Sequence record: PQ898602.1
Reading direction: 5' to 3' (one strand)
Length of the DNA stretch: 64,000 bases
In this document: in pieces, positions 26,229 to 35,470 of the stretch
Layout: each line of letters begins with the position of its first letter
Numbering within the stretch: position 1 is the first letter of the stretch
Notes under the pieces: model-generated
What the model saw: only the letters and a program-made list of their open reading frames with translations
Databases searched by the model: none
Told to the model about the DNA's origin: nothing
Position numbers and translations under genes: made by a program

Positions 26229-26350
26229 TGCTGATTTTTGCAGCATCTATGGTTGCAGGATTCGTCGTCGCTTCACTTTTAAGAAGCGATGACGATGACT
26301 CAGATGGTCCAGATGGGGGAATCCTGACACCCATTGCCAATCCTATCTAA
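26228..26350 (+). CDS. small membrane protein with acidic tail
   Basis: MLIFAASMVAGFVVASLLRSDDDDSDGPDGGILTP. Confidence 0.5.
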   Translation: MLIFAASMVAGFVVASLLRSDDDDSDGPDGGILTPIANPI

Positions 26351-26385
26351 AAACATATAAAATATAAGAGTCTTATTAAAACACA

Positions 26386-26685
26386 ATGGCTGATTACAAA
26401 GTTACTCTGGTAGACACTGACGGAAAAGAACATACCTTTGTTTGCGATGAAGATGAAACCATTCTTGATCGTGCAGAAGAAGCAAATGTAGATGCAGAAC
26501 TTCCTTATTCTTGTAAAGCTGGTGCATGTTCTGCATGTGCTGGTAAGATCACGGAAGGAACTGTTGACCAAGAAGATCAATCTTTCCTTGATGACGATCA
26601 GATCGAAGCAGGTTTTGTTCTCACCTGTGTTGCACGACCCACTAGTGATGTTCGCATCCTCCTTGCACAAGAAGAAAACATCTGA
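26386..26685 (+). CDS. petF: plant-type [2Fe-2S] ferredoxin
   Basis: [15 protein letters not shown]...LTCVA. Confidence 0.96.
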   Translation: MADYKVTLVDTDGKEHTFVCDEDETILDRAEEANVDAELPYSCKAGACSACAGKITEGTVDQEDQSFLDDDQIEAGFVLTCVARPTSDVRILLAQEENI

Positions 26686-26687
26686 TT

Positions 26688-27224
26688 ATGCCTCGTCTAT
26701 CACCTGAAGAAGTATCTAAAGTCCCCTCCGTGGACTTTATGTTCCGTGAAGACGGAGAGTTTGTTGCTCGTTCTACCGAAGAACTTTTTGGTGGTAAACG
26801 TGTAGTTCTCTTCGCACTCCCTGGTGCATTCACTCCTACTTGCAGTGCTTACCAACTCCCTGGTTATGAAGCCTTCTACGATATGTTCCGTGAACAAGGT
26901 ATCGATGAGGTTTTCTGTCTCTCTGTAAACGATGCATTTGTAATGAATGCCTGGGGTAAAGACCAAGGTATCGAAAAAGTCAAACTCATTCCAGATGGTA
27001 ATGGCGAGTTTACTAGTTACATGGGATTACTCGTTAAGAAGTTCAACCTAGGTTTTGCGTCACGTTCTTGGCGTTATGCCATGGTGGTCAATGATATGGT
27101 TATTGAACAAATCTTCGCAGAAGATGGAATCGGTGACAACGTGGATGAAGATCCCTATGAGTGGTCAACTCCAGAAAAACTACTAGAATATGTGAAGGGT
27201 GAAGAACCCGTAATCGCACAATAA
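26688..27224 (+). CDS. peroxiredoxin (Prx5/type II)
   Basis: LPGAFTPTCS peroxidatic Cys, SVNDAFVM.AW, RSWRYAM. Confidence 0.93.
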   Translation: MPRLSPEEVSKVPSVDFMFREDGEFVARSTEELFGGKRVVLFALPGAFTPTCSAYQLPGYEAFYDMFREQGIDEVFCLSVNDAFVMNAWGKDQGIEKVKLIPDGNGEFTSYMGLLVKKFNLGFASRSWRYAMVVNDMVIEQIFAEDGIGDNVDEDPYEWSTPEKLLEYVKGEEPVIAQ

Positions 27225-27228
27225 ATAC

Positions 27229-27252
27229 GAGGAGGGAAACCTCCTCCTTTTT
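27229..27252 (+). terminator. GNRA-loop terminator-like hairpin immediately before glgP
   Basis: GAGGAGG-GAAA-CCTCCTC-CTTTTT; ATAAATA at 27221-27227. Confidence 0.7.
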
Positions 27253-27255
27253 AAT

Positions 27256-29631
27256 ATGTTAAAAACCAGCATCACGGATAGAGTCGAGAGTCATCTCCTC
27301 TACACATTGGGTAAGAACCCAGATAATGCTACATCACATGACGTATACACTGCTTTGTGTTATGCGGTTCGAGACAGAATGGTTGAAAACCATTTAGTTC
27401 CCAAGTCTCCCCGTAAAGAAGTTGCGTATCTTTCTGCAGAATTTTTGATTGGACCTCAACTGAGTAACAATCTTCTCAACTTAGATATCCGCAAAGATGC
27501 TGAGAGTGCAGTTGGTAAGTTCGGATATGGTCTAGAAGAGATTCTGGATCATTCTGTTGAACCTGGACTTGGTAATGGTGGTCTAGGTAGACTTGCTGCA
27601 TGTTATATGGAATCCATGGCGACTCTGAGAGTTCCTGCCACTGGATATGGTATTAGATATAAGTATGGTATTTTCAAACAAACTATCAAAGATAACCAAC
27701 AGGTAGAGGTTACCGACAACTGGTTGCATGGTGATTGGCCATGGGAACTCTGTTACCCCGATGAGTCGGTAATGGTTGGATTTGGTGGTAAGGTAGAACG
27801 ATATGGTAATAAGGTTCGGTGGGTTCCTGAAAAGAATGTCGTCGCAGTGCCTTATGATGTTCTGCAAGCAGGATACAAGGTAGATAGTTGTGCAAAGATC
27901 CGCCTCTGGAGAGCAGACGCGATTGATGTATTTGACTTCAAAGCATTTAACCAGGGAGACTATCTTGGTTCTGTCGAGAATAGTGTGACCTCAGAGACTA
28001 TCTCTAAAGTTCTTTATCCTAATGATGGTACAGACCAAGGAAAGGAACTTCGACTGAAACAACAATTCTTCTTTGTAAGTGCTTCTCTTCAGGACATGAT
28101 TAGAAGTTTGGAAGAACGCGATCTTCCTGTGGAAGAGTTCTACAAACATTATCAAGTTCAGTTGAATGATACTCACCCATCAGTTGCAGTTGCAGAACTG
28201 ATGAGAATCCTTATGGATGATTATCACTTTGAGTGGGATCTTGCATGGGACATTACTAGTAAGTCTATCGCATATACAAATCACACACTGCTTCCTGAAG
28301 CACTGGAGAAGTGGAGTGTAAGTCTTTTCGAGAAACTTCTACCTAGACATTTGGAGATCATTTATGAAATCAACTCCAGATTCCTCCAGATCGTTAGAAT
28401 GCACTACCCTGGAGACGAGGAAACCCTTCGCAAACTTTCTATCATTGATGAGACGGGTGGTAGATATGTCAGAATGGCCAATCTTGCAACAGTCGGATCT
28501 CACCATATCAATGGTGTTGCGGCACTTCACTCAGATCTGATTACCAAGAACCTGATGCCCGAGTTCTATGATCTCTGGCCTCATAAGTTTACCAACGTGA
28601 CTAATGGTGTAACACCACGTCGTTGGTTGGCAGATTCCAACCCTGCACTTGCAGAAGTTCTTGATGAATATGTTGGTGAGGATTGGGTATCTCACATGGA
28701 TCGTCTTAGTGAATTGGAGAACTATGCAGATGATCCAGTTGTTCTTGAGAAGATCGGTGCAACAAAACTTATTGGAAAACATAAGCTTGCACAATACATA
28801 AAGAAGACACTTGGCATTTCTGTTGATCCGTCAAGTATGTTTGATGTGCAGGTAAAGAGAATTCATGAGTACAAACGACAGCATCTCCTTGCTCTATGGA
28901 TTGTGTCTCGGTATTTGTATATCAAAAATCATAAAGACGATTATGTTGTTCCACGTACAGTAATCTTTGGTGGTAAAGCCGCACCTGGTTACTACATGGC
29001 GAAAGAGATCATTCGTTTCATTTGTAATGTTGCGGAGACTATCAACTCTGACCCAGACATGGATGGGAAGTTACGTGTGGTCTTCCTACCAAACTATAGT
29101 GTGAAGTTGGGTGAGAAAGTTTATCCTGCTGCAGATCTCTCTGAACAGATCTCAACCGCAGGTAAGGAGGCGTCTGGTACTGGTAACATGAAGTTCCAGA
29201 TGAATGGTGCTTTGACTATTGGTACACTCGATGGTGCAAACGTTGAGATCCGTGATCTGGTTGGTGAAGAGAACTTCTTCCTCTTTGGTAAGACTGAAGA
29301 AGAGATTGGTCAACTATGGGCGAATGGATACAAACCTCAGTTCCATATGAGTGCTTCTCTATTTGAAGCAATCGAACTCATCAGATCGGGTCACTTCTCC
29401 AATGGTGATAAAAATGCATTCAATTCCATCATTGATAATTTGATGGAGAGTGATCCATTCTGTGTTTGTGCAGACTTCTCTGACTACTGCCGTGCTCAGA
29501 ACGTTGTGGATAACACATGGGGTAACAGAAAGGAATGGAATCGTAGATCTCTGATGAACATTGCGAGATCTGGATTCTTCTCTTCGGATAGATCTATTCA
29601 AGACTACTGCGATAACATTTGGAAAGTATGA
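27256..29631 (+). CDS. glgP: glycogen/alpha-glucan phosphorylase (GT35)
   Basis: 791 aa; SAEFLIGPQL, GLGNGGLGRLAACY, QLNDTHP, YTNHTLLPEALE, NGVAALHS, VKRIHEYKRQ, GGKAAPGY, EASGTGNMK (PLP lysine). Confidence 0.97.
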   Translation: MLKTSITDRVESHLLYTLGKNPDNATSHDVYTALCYAVRDRMVENHLVPKSPRKEVAYLSAEFLIGPQLSNNLLNLDIRKDAESAVGKFGYGLEEILDHSVEPGLGNGGLGRLAACYMESMATLRVPATGYGIRYKYGIFKQTIKDNQQVEVTDNWLHGDWPWELCYPDESVMVGFGGKVERYGNKVRWVPEKNVVAVPYDVLQAGYKVDSCAKIRLWRADAIDVFDFKAFNQGDYLGSVENSVTSETISKVLYPNDGTDQGKELRLKQQFFFVSASLQDMIRSLEERDLPVEEFYKHYQVQLNDTHPSVAVAELMRILMDDYHFEWDLAWDITSKSIAYTNHTLLPEALEKWSVSLFEKLLPRHLEIIYEINSRFLQIVRMHYPGDEETLRKLSIIDETGGRYVRMANLATVGSHHINGVAALHSDLITKNLMPEFYDLWPHKFTNVTNGVTPRRWLADSNPALAEVLDEYVGEDWVSHMDRLSELENYADDPVVLEKIGATKLIGKHKLAQYIKKTLGISVDPSSMFDVQVKRIHEYKRQHLLALWIVSRYLYIKNHKDDYVVPRTVIFGGKAAPGYYMAKEIIRFICNVAETINSDPDMDGKLRVVFLPNYSVKLGEKVYPAADLSEQISTAGKEASGTGNMKFQMNGALTIGTLDGANVEIRDLVGEENFFLFGKTEEEIGQLWANGYKPQFHMSASLFEAIELIRSGHFSNGDKNAFNSIIDNLMESDPFCVCADFSDYCRAQNVVDNTWGNRKEWNRRSLMNIARSGFFSSDRSIQDYCDNIWKV

Positions 29632-30308
29632 ACGTCTGGGTTGGGTACGATACCCGTGAACATGATGCTTTCGAGGTCTGTAGATATAGTATTCATAAAC
29701 ACAGACCCGAAGTAGAAGTACATGCAATCGAACAAAAAAATATGAGATTACTGGGTCTTTATACTAGACCTGTTGATGATCTTGCTTCGACCGAGTTCTC
29801 TCTGACTCGGTTTCTTACTCCTGCCCTATCAGAATTTAAGGGGTGGTCACTCTATTGTGATTGTGACTTCCTCTTTTTAGATGATATTCAGAAGTTGTTT
29901 GATCTTGCAGATCCTAAGTATGCTGCAATGGTAGTTAAACATGACTATAAACCAAAGGGTCGTTATAAGATGGATGGACGTTTCCAATGGTCATATCCAA
30001 GAAAGAACTGGAGTTCTCTGATTCTATTCAATAACGAACACCCAGCACATCAGTCTCTGGATGTCAACAACATGTCTCCTGTTGAGTTGCATCGATTTAC
30101 TTGGATTGATGATAAAGATCTAGGTGAACTACCTGGATGTTGGAACTGGTTGGTTGGTTATGATGATGATTCATGGCCATATAAAGATCCATCTGCACTT
30201 CATTATACCGACGGCGGTCCATGGTTTGAGGAGACTAAGGATTGCGACTACGCCGATCTATGGAACAATTCTTATGAAGAGTGGAGTAAGACTAAGATTT
30301 CTGGATAA
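29628..30308 (+). CDS. glycosyltransferase (GT8-like phage type)
   Basis: STEFSLTRFL, DCDFLF, YPRKNWSSLILFN, LHYTDGGPWF. Confidence 0.8.
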   Translation: MNVWVGYDTREHDAFEVCRYSIHKHRPEVEVHAIEQKNMRLLGLYTRPVDDLASTEFSLTRFLTPALSEFKGWSLYCDCDFLFLDDIQKLFDLADPKYAAMVVKHDYKPKGRYKMDGRFQWSYPRKNWSSLILFNNEHPAHQSLDVNNMSPVELHRFTWIDDKDLGELPGCWNWLVGYDDDSWPYKDPSALHYTDGGPWFEETKDCDYADLWNNSYEEWSKTKISG

Positions 30309-30984
30309 CTATACCTGTACGGAGATTGCATTTACATCTCCTCCTAGGTTTTGTGATTTTGAATATCAGAAAGATCAATATGTCACTGAGTCTTTTATCC
30401 GTAAAGGTTTGAAAGATTTTTACAAGGATATTCAAGCACTTAAAAAAATTTACGATACTCCTATAGACATATGTGATCCATACTTCCATCACATAGATAA
30501 CTTTCCTTCTAGGTTTACTAAGTTTGCATATCTCCGTAAAGAATTTTCTGAAGGTGTTCCCATGGAACGCCCGATATTTTATGGATCAGATTCTGATTTT
30601 CTTATAGGTTCTGGTAGATGTCTTATCGTTGGAACTTACTTCAAAGATAAGAAGATTGATATGGTAAGAGTCAATGAAAGAAAATTTATTGAGTCAACCA
30701 AAAAAATATATGACTTGATTCATAGTTTAAAGAATGAAAGTGAGGATGTCGTACTTCATGTTGAGAAGTCGGATTTTATAGATGCCTATAAGATAATGGA
30801 TATTACATTTGGAAAGTTGGAAGATTGCATAACTCGTAGTGGTGGTGTTCTTGATTTTTGGCATGAACAACCTGACTTTCAAATATTGAGAAGAAAGGTA
30901 AGGAAAATAATTCAGTCAACTAATATAGATAATATTAACCAATTGTATGATGTTCTAGATGAAATATCATTATTATTATACTAG
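30274..30984 (+). CDS. uncharacterised protein, paralogue family X copy 1 (ParB/Srx-like core)
   Basis: FTKFAYL..RPIFY..LIGSGRCLIVGTYFKDK. Confidence 0.6.
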   Translation: MKSGVRLRFLDNYTCTEIAFTSPPRFCDFEYQKDQYVTESFIRKGLKDFYKDIQALKKIYDTPIDICDPYFHHIDNFPSRFTKFAYLRKEFSEGVPMERPIFYGSDSDFLIGSGRCLIVGTYFKDKKIDMVRVNERKFIESTKKIYDLIHSLKNESEDVVLHVEKSDFIDAYKIMDITFGKLEDCITRSGGVLDFWHEQPDFQILRRKVRKIIQSTNIDNINQLYDVLDEISLLLY

Positions 30985-30985
30985 T

Positions 30986-31735
30986 ATGAAGAGGTGGCTT
31001 CAACACCACGAAGAATTTGAACCTGATAACTTTAGTGTTTCACTTTCTTATTTTGAAAATGTAAATATCCCTCAGAGGTTTTCTCTAGATTATCTTTCTG
31101 ATTTTATCGGGCAGGTTCAAAAGTTTAAGTCACTAAAGAGTTCTAAAGATGTGAAACTATCATATCTTGAAACAAAAGTCAGTATGTTTACTAAGTATCC
31201 ATACTTGTACAACTCTCTTAGAAAACACAACAAGGCTCTGTATCCAGTTGTTGTTAATTATGATCAACATACTTTATCTTCTGGAACTGGTAGACTTCTT
31301 TTAATGACGAAGTATTTTCCAGATATGAAAATAGATCTCGTCTTGAATGACCATAAAAATCCTCAATATAGAAACTATGAAGAGTTTATAGAAGAACGTA
31401 TTTTGCCCAAGTGGGATTTGGATGATACGTATTCATGTTATTCCGATTTCTTTACTGGTGAGGTGGGTGTTCCTCAACGCATGAATACATTATGTGGATT
31501 TGAGTTTGCTAAAGAAGGATATGAAAAGACATGCCCTACTAAAACATCAGCACAGAAGATACCATATGCAAGAGTAATTTCTAGTGATTATGCCATGTGG
31601 GAAAGAGTTCATTCTATACTGATGGAATCTAATCCCATGACACTTGTCCAGTATGATGAGTTGCTAGATAGAATTATATTTGATAATATTGAATATGTTG
31701 ATAGTACACAAGTTGAAGACTTATTAAAGACATGA
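30986..31735 (+). CDS. family X copy 2
   Basis: FTKYPYLY..YPVVV..SSGTGRLLLMTKYFPDM. Confidence 0.6.
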   Translation: MKRWLQHHEEFEPDNFSVSLSYFENVNIPQRFSLDYLSDFIGQVQKFKSLKSSKDVKLSYLETKVSMFTKYPYLYNSLRKHNKALYPVVVNYDQHTLSSGTGRLLLMTKYFPDMKIDLVLNDHKNPQYRNYEEFIEERILPKWDLDDTYSCYSDFFTGEVGVPQRMNTLCGFEFAKEGYEKTCPTKTSAQKIPYARVISSDYAMWERVHSILMESNPMTLVQYDELLDRIIFDNIEYVDSTQVEDLLKT

Positions 31736-32436
31736 CTACTATCGTAATTCCTGCAAGACTTAAGAGTGAAAGACTCAGAGAGAAAGCCATCGAAGACATT
31801 GATGGTCTTACTCTTATACAAAGAGTGGTAAAACAATGTTTAAAAACGCCATTTTCTGTAACTTTGGTAACTGACTCGCTCAAAATAGCAGATTCTATTT
31901 GCCCAAGGAATGTCAATATCCTTTGTTTCGATGAAAATGCATCTTCTGGGACAGAAAGAATTGCAAATGCCATAGAAATGATCCCTGGTGATGATATTAT
32001 TAATGTTCAGGGAGACCAACCATTCATTGATCCTGGTGCCATCATAGAGATGTCCGAGGTGATGGAACAGATGCAAGAGTACCAAGTTGTTACTCCTTAC
32101 AAATACTATGATCGCAGAAGTGATTATGGTGTTAGTGGTAGTAGATCGAAGGTAGTTACTAGTCAGAGTGGCAGAGTCATGTACTTTAGTCGATATCCTC
32201 TGGGAACAGATCGACTCAAGATTCACATGGGGATCTATGGTTATCGTAGAAAGTTCTTGGAGAACTTCCACACATTAAAAACCTCCCGACTAGAAGAAGA
32301 CGAGAGGTTGGAACAGATTAGATTTTTGGATAATGATATTCCAGTCTATGCTTACGAAACTAAGTATGACGTTTTTTCTGTGGATGTGCCAGAAGACCTA
32401 GAACACGCTCGAAAGATAGCTTGGGAATGTGACTAG
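31732..32436 (+). CDS. kdsB: CMP-Kdo synthetase (3-deoxy-manno-octulosonate cytidylyltransferase)
   Basis: IPARLKSERL..K, SGTERI, NVQGDQP, YFSRYP, HMGIYGY, LEQIRFL, SVDVPEDL. Confidence 0.92.
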   Translation: MTTIVIPARLKSERLREKAIEDIDGLTLIQRVVKQCLKTPFSVTLVTDSLKIADSICPRNVNILCFDENASSGTERIANAIEMIPGDDIINVQGDQPFIDPGAIIEMSEVMEQMQEYQVVTPYKYYDRRSDYGVSGSRSKVVTSQSGRVMYFSRYPLGTDRLKIHMGIYGYRRKFLENFHTLKTSRLEEDERLEQIRFLDNDIPVYAYETKYDVFSVDVPEDLEHARKIAWECD

Positions 32437-33132
32437 AGGAATCTGGGAGTGTCGGTCTGAGAGTGCCCTAGAGGGATCTGGATGCACCTCAGCAAAGAAT
32501 GCTTCTGCACCCCAGATCTTTGCACTCTGTGCAAGAGGTTGTGCATACAACCAGTTACCACCAGTTGTGGATTCTCCACCTTCCTGAGTGGAATGAGTTG
32601 AATCAAAACAAACTTTGAATCCAGCACTCTTTAGTTTATGAATGGTTCGGAAGTCAACTACCAGGTTGTCATAACCGAAAGATGTACCACGTTCGCAGAT
32701 GTAAAAGTCTTCGCAACCATATGCTTCCATATTCTCACCCAGGAGAATTGCTTGACGAGGGGACATGAATTGTCCTTTTTTGACATTGACTAATTTACCA
32801 GACTCTGCAACTGCTTGGAGCAAGTCGTTTTGACGACATAAAAATGCAGGGACTTGGTATGCGTCTACATAGTTGGATAGGATCGCAACGTCTTGTGGTT
32901 CATGGACATCAGTGATGACTTTGTAACCTGCATCACGCAGTTTTTCAAAGATCTTGATTGCAAATCTAAGTCCATGTCCACGAAAACTTTTATGACTGGA
33001 TCGGTTTGCCTTATCAAAGGATGCCTTGAAGTAGTAGTCTACACCTTCGGGTAGATTCTCAGTAATAGTTTTCGCTACTAGGAATGCATCTTCTTCAGAT
33101 TCCAGTAGACAGGGACCTGCAAATAATTTCAT
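32398..33132 (-). CDS. kdsA: Kdo-8-phosphate synthase (metal-dependent type)
   Basis: AGPC, FKASFDKANRSS, TDVHE, PAFLCRQ, VKKGQF, CERGTSFGY, FDSTHS, EVHPDP..ALSD. Confidence 0.93.
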   Translation of the reverse strand: MKLFAGPCLLESEEDAFLVAKTITENLPEGVDYYFKASFDKANRSSHKSFRGHGLRFAIKIFEKLRDAGYKVITDVHEPQDVAILSNYVDAYQVPAFLCRQNDLLQAVAESGKLVNVKKGQFMSPRQAILLGENMEAYGCEDFYICERGTSFGYDNLVVDFRTIHKLKSAGFKVCFDSTHSTQEGGESTTGGNWLYAQPLAQSAKIWGAEAFFAEVHPDPSRALSDRHSQIPLVTFPSYLSSVF

Positions 33133-33155
33133 TCTATGATAGAATACTTTCATTA

Positions 33156-33164
33156 ATTATACCA
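33156..33164 (-). promoter_or_regulatory. extended -10 promoter candidate for kdsA
   Basis: TG-G-TATAAT on the minus strand, 24 nt upstream of the ATG at 33132. Confidence 0.45.
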
Positions 33165-34060
33165 TGATGGCATCATATTTTCCAGAGTACAACAGACTAA
33201 GAGAGTGTTGGGTTGGTCGTGCATATGATTCTTCACTCGTAACTGATACATTTGTTAAAGATATCCTTGATGAAACCGAAGAGGATCTGGTAAACTTTAG
33301 TCAAATGTTAAGAGATTTGGAAGTCGAAGTCAAACGACCGACTTACAAGAATCCTGATGTTACTCGGAAACCACAACTTCTACACGCACGGGATCACCTC
33401 CAATATCTTAACGGCAAACTTTATGTCGGTCCAAGGTATGAAGACAATATTGCTGATTGGTTGGAGTTGCTTGATGGTAGAACTCCTTTTGTCACTCTGG
33501 ATAATCTATGTGCGCCTTCTGTAGTTCGTGCCGACAGAGTTTACTTTGATGCGGTATCATGGACACGTAAACGTTTTGAGTATTTTCAACATGGGAATCC
33601 TGATCTGCCTTGTGTTTTTGAACGACTCTCTTCTCGCGATTTTAACATCGAACGTCATACAGATGGTGTATTCTGTGTAGTCAAGGAAGGTGTAATCATC
33701 TCTACTCCACAAGGGCGTAACCTAGAGTATCTATTCCCTGAGTGGGATATCTTATATCTCGACCAGAATACTCAAGATCTCAATGATATGGCGAAGACCA
33801 AAGGTAAGTTTATTTGGTCTCCAGATCAGATCCCTGATGATTACAGGGACTGGGTGGGATATTCACCTGAGACTTTCTTTGATGTCAATGCACTTGCTGT
33901 CGATGAGAAACACTTCATGTGTACTCGATACAATAAACAGGTGTTCGATTTCCTGAAGAAACATAAGGTGGAACCAATTATCGTACCCTTCCGTCATAGA
34001 TACCTATGGGATGGTGGACTCCATTGTATGACTTTCGATTTCATTAGAGATGTTAGTTAA
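33164..34060 (+). CDS. amidinotransferase family protein (copy 1)
   Basis: RLRECWVGR, HARD, RHTDGVF, FDVNAL, GGLHCMT (catalytic His and Cys). Confidence 0.8.
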   Translation: MMASYFPEYNRLRECWVGRAYDSSLVTDTFVKDILDETEEDLVNFSQMLRDLEVEVKRPTYKNPDVTRKPQLLHARDHLQYLNGKLYVGPRYEDNIADWLELLDGRTPFVTLDNLCAPSVVRADRVYFDAVSWTRKRFEYFQHGNPDLPCVFERLSSRDFNIERHTDGVFCVVKEGVIISTPQGRNLEYLFPEWDILYLDQNTQDLNDMAKTKGKFIWSPDQIPDDYRDWVGYSPETFFDVNALAVDEKHFMCTRYNKQVFDFLKKHKVEPIIVPFRHRYLWDGGLHCMTFDFIRDVS

Positions 34061-34745
34061 TAAACAAGGAATAGTCGATGCAGAGTTGCAGACGTTTCCG
34101 TGGGAACATATTTTAGTTGATAATTTTATTGAAGAAAATACCTTCAATGAACTTCTGAAGATTGCAGATCATATTAAAAGTATTGAATCTACCTTCAAAG
34201 AATCTATTCATTATGTACCAGAATATAATGAATGTGTATTTAATTTGAAACACCTCATTCAGATTGGTGTAGATCCAAAGGTTGTTGAACTTTATGCAAA
34301 AGTTCTGGATGATATCAAGGAACTGAAAACTACAATATGGGATAAGTTTTCTGATCATCGGCATTGTGAAGAGGATAGGACTTATTGTAATGGTCATTTA
34401 AACTGGACAGGTTCTGGTGGTTACTATCACATTCATCCAGATTCCCATACTAAAAGTGTAAGTATTATTGTTTACTTTGATCCTGACGAAAATAACACTA
34501 CGACTCTTTGGGGTAAACCTGGAGTCGAATCTACATGTGTTAGACCTGAGTGGAAAAGGAACAGAGCCGTTGTATTCTGCCCTAACAAATCCACTTGGCA
34601 CTCTGTAGATACTACACATAGTAATAGGATGACTCTTGCATGTTTTATTGAGTTTGTTCCTGAAGATAAAAGTTCATACGGAAAGTTCACTGTAGAAAAT
34701 ATCAGATTCAGTAAAGATTACTCAGTAACTCAACTTAGAATCTGA
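34050..34745 (+). CDS. 2OG-Fe(II) oxygenase-like
   Basis: PWEHILVDNF, HIHPD, EWKRNRAVVF..TWHSV..R. Confidence 0.75.
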   Translation: MLVNKQGIVDAELQTFPWEHILVDNFIEENTFNELLKIADHIKSIESTFKESIHYVPEYNECVFNLKHLIQIGVDPKVVELYAKVLDDIKELKTTIWDKFSDHRHCEEDRTYCNGHLNWTGSGGYYHIHPDSHTKSVSIIVYFDPDENNTTTLWGKPGVESTCVRPEWKRNRAVVFCPNKSTWHSVDTTHSNRMTLACFIEFVPEDKSSYGKFTVENIRFSKDYSVTQLRI

Positions 34746-35470
34746 TGAAAGTTCGTTGTATATACGAAGAGAATATAAGAAATAGACTTCCTAATGTATA
34801 CATACCCATTCAGAAGTTCTGTAAGTTTCAATATTTGCGTGATGTAAATCTGAATAGTGCAAAGTATGATCGTATATTTGATCTATCCTTTGATGAGTTC
34901 AAACGTAATGTGAATTTCATTGCACAGAGAAAAGAGAACTGGAATAACTATAGAGTTTCATCAATACTTAAATTACCCATTCTATACAGAGACATGATGA
35001 ACTATGGGAAGTGGAGAGACCCTATCGTCTTCACCCCATATGAACATACTATACCCGATGATGGTTCTGGAAGAACATTGGTAAGTAAGATTTTCTTTCC
35101 AGACATGCCTTATGATCTTTTGTATTATGAAAAGGAACATGATGATCTGAAATCCTTAAAAGAACTGATTAATATCTTTCATGATAATGTTAATCCAGGT
35201 TCCTACAAAGTCATTGATGTTTATTACAAGTTATATGGTGACTTTGCATATAGTAGACAGATTGAGTTTTTGAAAGAAGAGAAAGAAGTAAAAGAATTTT
35301 GTGGTAGTTGGACTTTGGATATTGTTCAGGAGTTGACTTCTACCCTATTCAAAGAAATGATCAGAAAGATTCGTAGTGATCCGCCTCAGACAGATGATGA
35401 TTATATTGAGTTATTAAAAGACCTTGTAAAGATGGATTATAAATTTAATAGTAAGTCTATATCTTATTGA
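34745..35470 (+). CDS. family X copy 3
   Basis: LKLPILY..DPIVF..DDGSGRTLVSKIFFPDM. Confidence 0.6.
   Translation: MKVRCIYEENIRNRLPNVYIPIQKFCKFQYLRDVNLNSAKYDRIFDLSFDEFKRNVNFIAQRKENWNNYRVSSILKLPILYRDMMNYGKWRDPIVFTPYEHTIPDDGSGRTLVSKIFFPDMPYDLLYYEKEHDDLKSLKELINIFHDNVNPGSYKVIDVYYKLYGDFAYSRQIEFLKEEKEVKEFCGSWTLDIVQELTSTLFKEMIRKIRSDPPQTDDDYIELLKDLVKMDYKFNSKSISY

Noticed and set aside
27256-29631. glgP as host contamination or a chimeric join
   Set aside because: It has phage-type promoter and terminator upstream, a 4-nt overlap with a phage GT downstream, and AT-rich wobble usage like its neighbours; read-level confirmation is still advisable
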